Below the pieces are notes generated by a model. It was not told where the DNA came from and did not search any database. It saw nothing but the letters and a program-made list of their open reading frames with translations. Below are positions 38,448 to 50,163 of a stretch of DNA of 64,000 bases, in pieces (position 1 is the first letter of the stretch; each line of letters opens with the position of its first letter). A program made the translations under genes and the position numbers. The stretch spans positions 248,001-312,000 of the forward strand of contig CM039000.1 of the NCBI GenBank assembly GCA_017499595.2, in the 5' to 3' direction. Source of the DNA: Psilocybe cubensis (Eukaryota).

Positions 38448-39953
38448 TTAGTCGCTGGTGAGGTTAACAAAGCAGACGCTTTTGTCTGCCCGCCTCCTCT
38501 TGCGCTCACGAGTGACGCTGACGCCGAGGCCCCCCATGCAGTTGGGGATGTGACCTCGGACTTGGGACGTGTTTGCAGTTGGCTGCTCCGATGCGAGGGG
38601 CAGGTCCATGGATGTGTTTGTCCATGCCTCGGTTTTGGTACCATGTGGCTTTTCCATGGATTCATATGCCCTGGAGTGGCTACCCAGGGCATTGGTCAGT
38701 GCATATAGACCACTGTGGTCAGACCATGGTCAGGACTCTTCATTTTGAAAGAAGAGAAGATACTTGACAATGTCACATACTTGTATGCTGAATCCATAGA
38801 AGCCAGGTGCTCCCTGCTATTTATTATGTGAATAATAATACAAGTCAATGTCTACTCCTGGAGGAGGGGAGGATGTACACATACCTTCCATTTGCATTGG
38901 GCTCGCTGCGACTTTGCTCGACAGGGGAATCCCTGGAGCGTGGATCCGTGACAGTTTGCCTATTGTCAGTGGATTCTAAGTGATACTCCAAACCTTCTCC
39001 TAATGTGTTAGAGACTAACAAAAGGGAGAGCAGGGCTTGTTAGTGTACAATCCTACAGTCACCGGATTGCAGGACATACAGGCTGAGTATTTGTTTACAT
39101 CTCGATTGCTTGAGATTGGAGTGCGCGACAACTGCCTATAAGGACGGTTGTCGTAGATGCCAGCTTCCACCTCATTAGTAGTCATCCATGCATCTTGTAT
39201 TCTATATTTGTAGAAATTATGCATGGTCAGTATTTTCAGTGGTATTGATAGTTTATCCATTCTTACGATGGAACCGCCAGTTCTTCCGTAGTCCCCGATA
39301 GCATTGGGAGCTTACATGCCGGAATTGGAGAAGAGAATTCCGACAATGTTGGATCGTGAGTTGAACCCCATCGGCTTTGTGTGTCGTTACCAGACAATGG
39401 TTCCATGAAGGAAGAGGGATAATTGCTTTTAAATACGGGCGCTCTCGATGATGTCCAAGACGAGTTGTGTGGATTAGTGGTAGTCAGCCAAGGGTGAAAG
39501 GGGGTGGGGGAGGAGGGATGCGCGCTTGCTGATAGGTGTGGTTAGCTGTAGGCATAATAAAATTGTTGATGAATCGCCTCACATTGGTGATTACTCTGAT
39601 GGCTCCAATCTGTCTGTGTACAGTGGGATAGAGAATCCCGGGGATGCAACAATTGCATGTCGTTCTCAATTACGGGAGGGAATAAAGACTCTGAGAACGG
39701 AGGCGGATTTGATGGCCATTCTGTTTGTAATGATACTGCGGCGCTCGAATCAGATTCTACTTGAGTATCTTGTGCTAGAAACTGTTCAACCAATAATTTG
39801 GATGCTGCTGCAGCGACGTGAGTGGATCGCTCGCAAGCTTTTTTTAATGCACCGCCCTCAATACTCACAATCAAACTCGAACACGGCGGCAGAGAATTCT
39901 AGAATAAACTCATCCAAGGGGACATCGAACGAAGTGGCTTGCTGATTAGCCAT
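38448..39953 (-). CDS. Gene X copy 3, apparently intact (7 coding exons), unknown function
   Basis: MANQQATSFDVPLDEFILEFSAAVFEFD|SASKLLVEQFL...APVFKSNYPSSFMEP...GIYDNRP...SNTLGEGL...micro-exon...HIPNCMGGLGVSVTRERKRRRADKSVCFVNLTSD*. All junctions are GT-AG and in frame by manual splicing. Confidence 0.75.
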
Positions 39954-42900
39954 GGGGACAAGCACAGAGGTGAGTGGGGGTCAAGTTTGAGACAAAAATG
40001 AGTGAACAGGACAGGAAGAGGGCGTTTCCCTCAAAACATAAACTTGAGTGGCGACGGACATAAAAATCCCAGGCTCATTAACTAGTGCCGAGTCTCCAGC
40101 TTCTGACTGACTCACCATCTAGTCGTGTATCAGCGCTGCTGCTGTTCACATCAACTTTTCTCCCACACATACGCACAATGAGGACGCCTTCAGGCGACAT
40201 AGCTCCTCTTTTTTTCCGCAGCTCGTACCTGGGATAATACGTTGGAACCTCATGGATAGTGGTATAGTCTCTTTCCTAACCACGTTCCCGAGCCGCCTTC
40301 CTAGCGTTAGATAACATTCAACATTCCTTGCCAGTAGGTATTGTCTATGACAAACGAAAGGAACTTGTTACTACATCACGAGTGCATATCCTACGTCTGT
40401 CGACTGCCATCAATCCCGGGCCCTATCGCAAAGGCTCAGGCACTATTCCTAAATGAGAAGACGAACAGTTGGGCTCGGGGTTGGAATTCCATTGTTCCTC
40501 TCTCCTGCGTGAGAACAAGACTGGGTCATGAGCATCAATCACAAAGATTTGGTACCGACTGCATCCTTACCCCACTGAAAATACCATTACACTGTATCAC
40601 TGTGTGTACGAAATGGGCGCGCGCATAGACGGTGCTCCGACACACAACCATCAGCCTAGTTCTCTTCGTCTTATCAGGCTTCTCGACTCGGGCTAACACG
40701 GGTATCAGGTGTCAAACGGAACTTATAAGACCGTCATAGAAGGTAGAAAGGGATGGTGATATTCACTCGAAAGGCATGTACTTCCATAAGATTGACTGCT
40801 TCAAAGGTTTCTTGACATCGTTGACAAAGATAGTTTACATGCCGTCATTGGATCTACGCGCCTATGGAACTATACACACGCTCAATATGTTTGGGCCATC
40901 ATACTGAGATTCTCTGAATGTGATACCGCTATTGTAAGGGGAACATACCAACGAACTCATGTGCTAGTAGCGTTCAATAATTGACCCTCAACCAACTTAA
41001 CGCTATAACTCACCTCCTAGTTGCCAGCATCTGTGCTTTAATGAACTTAACGGCATCTCGTTCTGCGTTTGATCCGCCTTCCCAATCTGTTTCTGAAATC
41101 ATGATGCACCGCAACGGTGTCTCTCGAGAACCAGAACCAAGTAAGTAAAGCTTGTTTTTGAAAAAGAAGATTCCAAGCAGAGAAACTTCGTTTTCATACT
41201 TTTGTCTAGATTTCACTTTGAGACGCGGAAAGACACTTCGGACCTGAAAATAAATGGGTAAGATCCTCTTTCCAATTTTAGTACTAGAAGAAAGTTGGCG
41301 GCCCATAAAAGAAATAGCAAGTCCACGATATCAGATAAATTACATTTAAATCTTAATGCTTAGGTTGATGCACCGAATAAACGAGCAGGCGAGCAGGAAA
41401 GGACTTGGAAAGTGAGAAAGTGCTTCTGTCGGCGTGGCTGTTTGATGACCTGTTGGAGAGGGAACGGTGCCGTCCAGTGCCGTGTGCTGGAATTTTTTAT
41501 TAGGGCCACGCGGTTGGCGCGGAGTTCGTATTAAGTAGTAATTTGATTGCCGGAGGGTTGGCGATGCCCCAGGACGTGGGAAATATGGCTCAATCATGCA
41601 CTCGGTTCTTCTACTACCACCACAGGTCCAGATTGTTCTCCAACGCACTGTGCTGTGTCCCTCGCTGTCATATTCTAACCTCCCAAGTTCATCACACCAT
41701 GCAACACGACGAGACACGACGCGGACCCCAGCGGCGCAATGCACTATGTACATGTTGTACACGTTTAATAGCATTCGACATCATCTCTCTGGCGAAATTT
41801 CAACAATCAACACATCCTCCAGATTCTCATACTCATGCTTGTGCTTTGAATCTTGTATCCTGCAGTCGTCCGGTTACATGGTAATGGTATGGCATGACCA
41901 TGCATCGAGATGACGCCAACGCAAGAATATACAATAAATTCCATTTTCTTGGTCTCTCATGTACCCAGTGCTTGCCTTTGACCTAGATAATCCTTCCCAG
42001 GCTGACAAAACAAAGGTGGTTGTTGGTCTCACTGCCGAAGAGGTATCGATGAAATCATCAAATGATTGACTGAAAGCGTCTCTGTACAATCGCTATATAT
42101 ATTCTGTCCGTCTGTTACATGACACGAATGTTTAATCCAATTGTATCTGAAGAATGCGTGGTATCGGTTAGTGGCTGGTTGGCTGGTTCAGTGTTGAATC
42201 TAATCTTGCAAGATCGGCGTTCATTTAAATCAGTCTCGTATGGAGGCACTGGATTGAATTATAGCGCTTAGTGACATAGTGTGTTTGTTGTTTAACCGCT
42301 ACGACGTTATTTGACAGCCATGCAGATTGAAAGCGTGATCTATGAGGATGAACCTCTAAGGGATAGTGTTAAAAAGTCTTTGTTATTTCTCCATTCATGT
42401 CAATAATTCTCAACTCATCATGGTTCAACTGTTCAACTCAGCCTATGCGAGTTAAAATCATTAATATGAAAATTTACTTTGTACCGCCGACGGTGTGAGG
42501 AGTACTGGTGTCATCAATTCACTTTCTGATTTCAATACCTGCTTGACCTAGTTATTGTTACAGATGGATAATTGTTTGAACAAAGAGTACCATTTATTGA
42601 GAGTGTGTGCAATGAACAGAACCAGTGGTAATAGTAACAAGAAATAGCTTTATTGAGTGCCAATTGATCACAATCCTGCTAAAACCACATTATTCAGCTA
42701 AATTTTGCCCTCGAAGACGCCAATTATAGCGAATTCGAGGCATTGTGGACGTCGTGCATGGAACTCCCACGCATCCGGTCCATCGATATCACGCTATATC
42801 GCGGTTGTATAAGCCGGAAGGAAAAGATGAGCACTGAAGCATCATCATTGTCTACCAGCTCGACCTCTCGACGGCCTTTCCCTTCCTATTAGCGCTACAG

Positions 42901-43029
42901 GCCCTGTGTATTCAAGCTGTACAGGTAAGTTTGTTAGATTGTTTGTTTGTGAGAACACAAATCACTTACGGTATAGAAGATTTCTCTTGGTCTTGCGTAC
43001 CCGCCATCGCCCTCCGTGCCAATGCAACA

Positions 43030-44636
43030 CTAATTGCTAGCAAGGTTGACGAACCGAATGCCCTTGTCCCTCCGCCACCTCTTGCGTTCGCGCGTGACGC
43101 TGACGCTGAGCCCCCCCATACAGTTAGGAACGTGGCCTTCGACTAGGGACATGCTCGGAGCAGGCTGCTCCGGTGCAATGGGCAGGTGCAAGGACTCATT
43201 TGTCCATGCTTCTGCGTTAGGTAGCCCCTCCAGGGCATTGTCCAGTCCGTATGGATCGCTGTGGGCAGGGTATTGTCAGGACTGCTCATGCTGAAATAAG
43301 AGAAGATATCCGATGGCTACATACTTGTTCATTGAATCCGTCTGAGCGCGGTGCTGCCCCGCGCTTTTTGTGTCAAGATCACGAGTTAACATCTACTGCT
43401 GGAGAAGGGGCAGGAATACACATACCTTCCATGTGTGTTAGGCTCGTTCCGACCTTGCTCGACGGGGGGATCCCCGGAGCATTGATCTTCGACCGTATGC
43501 CATTTGTTGGTGGATTTCATGGTGTTATATCCCAAACCTTCTCCAAATGTATTGGAGACTAAAACGTGCAAGGTGGGACTCAGTTTTAAGCCAAAAATCA
43601 TTAGATTACAGGACATACAGGCTGGGTAGTTAATTCCTTCATGATTGCTCAACTCGGAGGTTGGAAGTAACGGCAACTGCATCGGAGGCCAGTTATCGTA
43701 CGTGCCACGTCCTTCTTCATTAACAGTCACCGACGCAACACCCATGTCATGTCTGTAAGTTTACGGATGGTTAGCATTGATTGAAATCATAGGAAATTGA
43801 CTCATACGATGTGGACGCTTGTTCAGTCGGGATCTCTACTGGCATTTCAAATTCATATATAGGCACTGAAGCGCCATATAGTGGTGGCGTCGGGTCTTTC
43901 ATAATGCCCAATTTGTCCTCCGAGGCGTCAATGGGTCCTTCCATGAAGGAAGAACGATAATCGCCCCTAAATACGGGTACGCGGGTATCTGGCCATGGCC
44001 CAGGTAAGTGTTGTGGCAGAGGGCGCCACACAGACTCGGTACAAACTGGGAGAGACGGATGGGCTCCCGCTGACGGATGTGGTCAGTTATATACACAATT
44101 AATACTGTTGCGGAATTGGCACACTTTGGAAACTATGCTGATCCAGTAATTGTCCCTGCATATGGGAAGCAGGGGGATACCATGGGTCGAATAACTGTCC
44201 CTCGCCTTCAGCCGCAGGATGGTATAAAGAGGTACTGGTAGGCAATGTTGATGGATGTGAATATGATGCTGTAATTGATATTTTATTGTATATCTCTTGA
44301 GAGTGATTTCAGTGAAAAGACTTACAAATGAGCGTAGGGCTGATGTCTTGAGCATCAAATTCAGACGATGCCGTGGATAACGGAATATGTGATGAGTTTG
44401 TCGTGCTTGAACCATATTGGAATCGAGGTCGAGAGGTATTCTCCATCGAATCTTGCTCCAGAAATTTTTGTTCAAGAAATAATTCGGGCGCTATGATGGC
44501 ATGAGGAATAGATCAACAAGCTTTATCCACAACACCATTCATGACCCTTACATTCTGATTCAAATAAAGCGGCAAAGAGTCCAGCAGGAAGTTCGTACAA
44601 AGGCACATCGAAGGATGATTCTTGCTGTTCAGACAT
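43030..44636 (-). CDS. Gene X copy 4, apparently intact (8 coding exons, roughly 390 aa), unknown function
   Basis: MSEQQESSFDVPLYELPAGLFAALFESE|SPELFLEQKFLE...VPVFRGDYRSSFMEGP...GTYDNWP...SNTFGEGL...HVPNCMGGLSVSVTRERKRWRRDKGIRFVNLASN*. The frame stays open through seven GT-AG introns. Confidence 0.8.
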
Positions 44637-45805
44637 GGGGACAAATACAGAAGGGAATGGATGCGATGGTGCAAATACAGGATTGTGTAGAAAGGGCAAG
44701 AAGAAAGAAGTCCTTCCCCTCAAAACATAAAACTTGAGTAGCGAACGGACAAAAAAAAATCCCAGGCTCATTAACCAGTTCCCTGTTTCCAGCTTCTGAC
44801 TCACCATGTGTATCAGCGCTGTTGCTGTTCACATCATTTTCTCCCACACACACACACAATGAGGTGTCCATCAGGCCACGTACCTTATTTTCCGCCGCTC
44901 ATTTGTCTACTACATTGGAACCTCATGGCGAGCCTGACCTCGTTCCAGAGTTGTATCCCCTCTTACACATCAAATAAACCTATTACTATTAGATTGCAAC
45001 TGTGTATCAATTTGTCGAATACCATCAATTATTATCGCAAACGCTCAGGCACTATTCCTAAATGAGAAGAAGAACAGCGTTCCTCGGAACTAAAATTCCA
45101 TTGTTCTTCTCTTCTGTGTGAAAACAAGACTGGGACGGGATTAGCAATCACAAGTATCTTATACCGAGTGCTTCTTACCCTCTCAAAGATCCTGAAATTC
45201 CATTGAACTGAATTCTATCCCATTGCGCATATGGAATAGACACACCCGTAGCCAATTTCACTACCACACATGCCAACTCGCTCCAACTTATCAGACTTCT
45301 CGACTCGGGTTGACACGGGTCTCCGGTGTCAAACGGGGTTTATAAGAATGTCATACAAATCAATCGATGGTGATACATTCAAGGGACATGCACCTACCTA
45401 CTAGTGGACGACAAGATAGCAATGCATAAACAGCTTTACAGCTTTCGTCGTATTTTTTTCAAACATAGATGATGTCGTCATTGGATCTACATATATGTGC
45501 GCTTATTTCGAGCACGGCTTCTCAATTTCTCAAAAGCCTGATTGGTTACTTGGCGTTAAGGCATAAGCGAATAATTATATTTTCATATCTATTACATAGG
45601 AAGACTATAAAGCCAATATAAAGGTACCCTTCCTCTCATATGCACCTTTTTCTCAAGTAGTTGGCCCAATTTTTGCATTCAAGGCACGATATGAACTCCG
45701 CGCGCTTGATGGGCAGCGGAGTTTCTGGTTGAGCTTAACCACGTGACTTGAATCAGGAGGCCAGCAGATTTGAACTCAACCAATTTGCCTGGTCTCGAAT
45801 CATCC

Positions 45806-46498
45806 TCAAACATGTCCACGCTCTAGCCTGCGATATCTCTCTGCGTAAACGAATGTGACAATAATCTGATCGACTGTGCGATTGTCCAACTTTCCAAAGA
45901 GCTCCAAGTAGCCGAGCCGTGTTTCATGCATGAATCCATAACGCGTGCGGTGGTAATTTGTAACAAGGGTATTGCTCGAGTCGGCAATGAATAGCTACTT
46001 GGGTGAGTTCTTTTGTTGTATGACCGTACAAAAAAAAATTTACCTTGCATTTGTCTTCCTCCATTGTCCACACGTACTCTACTCCATTGTGGCCGGTGAA
46101 GACGTATTTCCTGCGACAGCCGAGTCAATCACAGACGTTTTCGAAGACAATATTTCGAGTTACCTTCCCCACATATTGGATGGCCTTCTGCGGAAAAAGT
46201 CGTCCACCGACCGCTCTTTACCGTCGTATCTGATAATTGTGGAACGGAAGGTATGGAACTCGATATCCGCCAGCAAACCAAAGGAGTCCTTCAATGAAAC
46301 ATCGGCTGTAGAACTCGTCTCCTGGGCCTGGAAAGACGGAATGGCGCGTAGGATCTTGGTATGGAACTTGGTACTCCACAATGACGACGATTCGGTTTTG
46401 TAAAGACTTAAGCCATGTTCAGTGGTAAACGTCGCTCTCCATGGCTCGTCGGAAGAGAGATACAGATTGTTGCTGATGTCAATTGGGGACGAAGACAT
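45806..46498 (-). CDS. DUF6593-like protein B (3 exons), close paralog of 6193-6915
   Basis: LYLSSDEPWRATFTTEHGLSLYKTE...HTKILRAIP...IRYDG...SNMWGR|KYVFTGHNGVEYVW...YLELFGKLDNRTVDQIIVTFVYAERYRR. Intron positions match protein A. Confidence 0.8.
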
Positions 46499-47413
46499 GT
46501 TTCACCATTCTCTGCAAAATTGGTGGCCTTTTATGCAGAGGGGCACCGCTTTGCCTCTCCCTCAGTCTTGTTGGTGCGTTGTTACACGGGGAGCATCGTA
46601 CTTGTACCGTTGGTGAGCTCCAAACTGTTCGAGTAACCGTCATTTTGGATTTGCACCGCCTCCATGTTTTTTAATGGCTTCTGGCCTGTGCACCGGCGCT
46701 GCGTTTCCTTGAAAATGCTGCTAAGGTACGTTGAGATCGTACATGCATGTACAATCGTATATGTACGGATAATGAGCAAATGCAATTATGGCTGCGAACA
46801 GGAATGGCACCCACAACAAAGGACGCTCAGATGTACCGACATAGAAGGACTGCATACTAAGGATGTCTGTGTTTGCGCTTCCGGGTTGAATTTGTACGAT
46901 TTGACTATTTACCTATCACGCCTTTCTCTTCACTTATGAAGCACCTGAAACTGTCAGACCGGGATGACCGATCCAGTTTTCCGAGGATAGTGAGTCAATT
47001 AACAGTACGCATACCAATGGTTTACTAATTCGCTGACAAGTCAAAGTCCTCACTTGGCGGGGTATGGTTTGAATGAAAACGCACCATCGCCTCGACCCCA
47101 ACTGACACGAACAATTCTTTTTTCGACAGTTATACGTATTGCCACAAATGGCGTCAACGCGCCGAATGCCTTTACGTCGTGCGTGATGATTAAAAACTGA
47201 CTGTTTCTTAAACTGTCCCGGAAACGCCTTCCAGCACAAGCACTTAGGTGAGCAATCTTCAATTTTGGTGGCTCATGTTCGTCATAGCACCTCAGTAATC
47301 CTGAGCCTGAGTGGCCAGGGGTCAAGAGGATAAATTTTGTGATATAATGCCTCACCGCAGACTTTAGTGCGTTCAATTGTTTAGAATATTCTATCTACGA
47401 ACAAAAATTGCTC

Positions 47414-48385
47414 ATGTCTGCCTTCAACTCCCCGCCATTTGTACTCGCAACACTTGGCTACTATTCTCCCCCTGCCGACGGTGGAAAACCTTACCAAAAG
47501 GGCGTTGTAGATCCCAGCACTGGAATTCGCTCCCTGGAGCGCAATTGGTTCCCAATTGATGTTCCTGGCATTGCCATCGAGAACGCTCGTGGACGAGAGC
47601 ACGAAGTGTCCCTCGATAAAACTGGATTTGCGTTCTTCCATCACGTTTCAAAGCACACATCTTTCGAAAACGAGGACAATGTCAAGACAGCATATTACCT
47701 CGAAAGCGCTGAATTGCTCAAGAAACTGACAGGCGCTAATCGTGTTGAAATCTTCGATCACAGTACGTCGCGCATAGTTTTGTCAAACTTCTTCTAAATA
47801 TCGATTTTTTCAACCATTTACATTACCCAGCTGTCAGGAAGAGTAATCTGGGCCCTGGAGTTGAAAATTTAATATATGGCCCAGTATCTATGGTCCACAT
47901 CGACCAGTCGAACGACGCATCTGTCGCTCGTGTCCACCTCCACATGCCCGCAGCCGACGTGCCCAAGCTCCTCTCAAAGCGTTTCCAGATTATCAACCTG
48001 TGGAGGCCAATACACCACACCGCTTTGGATTACCCCCTCGCACTTTGCGATAGCAGGTCCGTCGACCCCACGGACATCGTGCCGGTCAAACTCATATTCC
48101 CAGACCGGGTGGGAGAGTTGCTCTCGGTCAAACATAGCGAGAAGCATAAGTGGTGGTACCTGCGAGGGATGACTCCGGATGATATTGTTCTTATTAAGTG
48201 GTGAGTAAGGTATACCCCGGTTCACTGTAGCACAAAATTTAAGATTCCACATTAGCTACGACTCTGTACAGGATGGAAGTGTTGCAGTGGCCACTCCGCA
48301 CACTGCCTTCTATGACCCAACTGCACCGGATGGTGCGATCCCGCGAGAGTCTATTGAGCTGAGGGCTCTAGTATTTTACGACTAG
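47414..48385 (+). CDS. CmcJ/NvfI/AsaB-like 2OG-Fe(II) hydroxylase/desaturase (3 exons)
   Basis: SLDKTGF, YY.E...LLK..TGA.RV.IFDH, HID, FQIINLWRPI, PLALCD, HKWWY..GMTPD, PHTAF and RESIELRALVFY. Introns about 47764-47830 and 48201-48254. Confidence 0.9.
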
Positions 48386-48673
48386 GATACAATCGAGCAG
48401 ACTTTACCATTGTTACAAAGTAGAGCTTCGGGTATTCCTATCGCACAAGAAGAAGTTAAACAAGGTTAACGAAACAACCTGTAGTTTCCAGCCATTAGAC
48501 CACAGAATAATGATTGCTTTTACAACTTCGAATATATACTGACATCATTGACAAACATAGAATAAATGCCGTCATTGACTCTATATATGTGCACCTATTT
48601 CATGCTTCTTAAAAACATAGTTAGTTTATTAACACTAACAAGCGAAATCGAAAGACCTGAGACAATAATTGGA

Positions 48674-49388
48674 CTATCCTAGTGTGGATACAGCATTTGC
48701 AACTAATTCAACTATGTCTTTCCTCTCCATACGCAATTTTTCCATATAAACAAATGTTGCGACAATGATATCCATAAGCTCCTCTTTGTCTACAGATATC
48801 TCCAAGTATGCTGGCCGAGATCTCCGAATAATTCCCCCCTTTGCTTTGTGAAAAACAGCAACAGGATTCCTCCTAGAGTCATTGGAAAAAAGCTGGTGCT
48901 CGATAGTAAATAAGGCACTGGACACTATTTCTTGTGAAATCATCCTGCCCACCTTCGAAGTCGATCCGATTTTCCACATGTATTCTCCCCCAATAGGACT
49001 CATAAATACTCGGTTTCTAAACGGTCCAAGAACAAGTCTAAAATTTGACAGATTAAATTTTACCGCTCTGTGCTTACCTGGGCCCAAGGAAGCTCAACCC
49101 TTTCTTTCTAAAAAATACATTTTTCGGTTGAGAGTCTCGCCCATCGTAAAGTTGGATTTGAGCTTTGTGAACATTCCGGTATTGTATTTCTGCTAAGGTA
49201 GAAAACGAGACATTGGTTGTCGTACTTTCGGAGTAGGGCGGATTTGCGCGGAGGAGTTTGATGGTTTTGACTTCTTCTGTCCAGGATGGCGGGGGTTCCG
49301 TTTTGTATACGATATAGCCTTCGCTAGTCATATATGAGGCATTCCACGGAATCTCTGAAGATAGGTATAACCTCTGGGAAGTAGTCAT
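48674..49388 (-). CDS. DUF6593-like protein C (3 exons)
   Basis: LYLSSEIPWNASYMTSEGYIVYKTE...FMSPIGGEYMWK|LFSND...VAVFH...RPAYLEI...MDIIVATFVYMEKLR. Same two intron positions as A and B. Confidence 0.8.
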
Positions 49389-50163
49389 GGGTATAAGACT
49401 AAGAATATGCAATCACATAGTCCCATCCCTTTACCATTAAATACCTTTGCGAAGAACCATATCTATTTCTTGCCCAGAGATAGCTGTTTCACTGCAGTCT
49501 ATAACTGCCAGGCTCCAAAGCAGATCTCTATAATTAACTATATAACTTTCAATATTTGTCAAGTGATCTACTCCAACGTCATCAGTAGCAACGTTTTGTG
49601 GTGTGGGAAGTCCGAACTGGAAACTTGCAGCCTGCGATGAAAACGTGCGGTCATGGGCAGTCTCGTACCCATCCGTTATTATATATTTCGCACGATCCTT
49701 CGGCATTGCAGTCACGAATGCGCTGTGCCACGGTATAGGTGTCTTTCGGGTACGTACCAGGGTCATAGTTTGGCAATAAGTTCTCTGGTGGCTTATTTGC
49801 TTTTTACATGATACATGTCTGGGTATTGGATGTTGGATTTGCGACGACCAATCTGTATATTGTATCGACTAGGCAAGTATCCTCATTGGGTGAGAACCCC
49901 GAGTCTTGGACACCGACGGGAAAATGTTTTACTGTTCGTGTAGGACGAAGCCTTCCCCAACTTAGTGCCGAGTTAATTTACACAGATTAAATTTTACGAA
50001 ATCTTGTGGAGCCGGACCGCTATGACAGCCAACAGACAGCCAGGTGAGTACATCATACCTGCCAACACAATTGAATAATTGATAAGATGAAAACGCGATC
50101 GATAAAAACGCGTATTTCTCTGCCTGTGTATTGTTCCTCCTTGTACGATACTCCTACAACACC

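Noticed and set aside
41010-41306. 98-aa minus-strand ORF
   Set aside because: No recognisable family or supporting exons.
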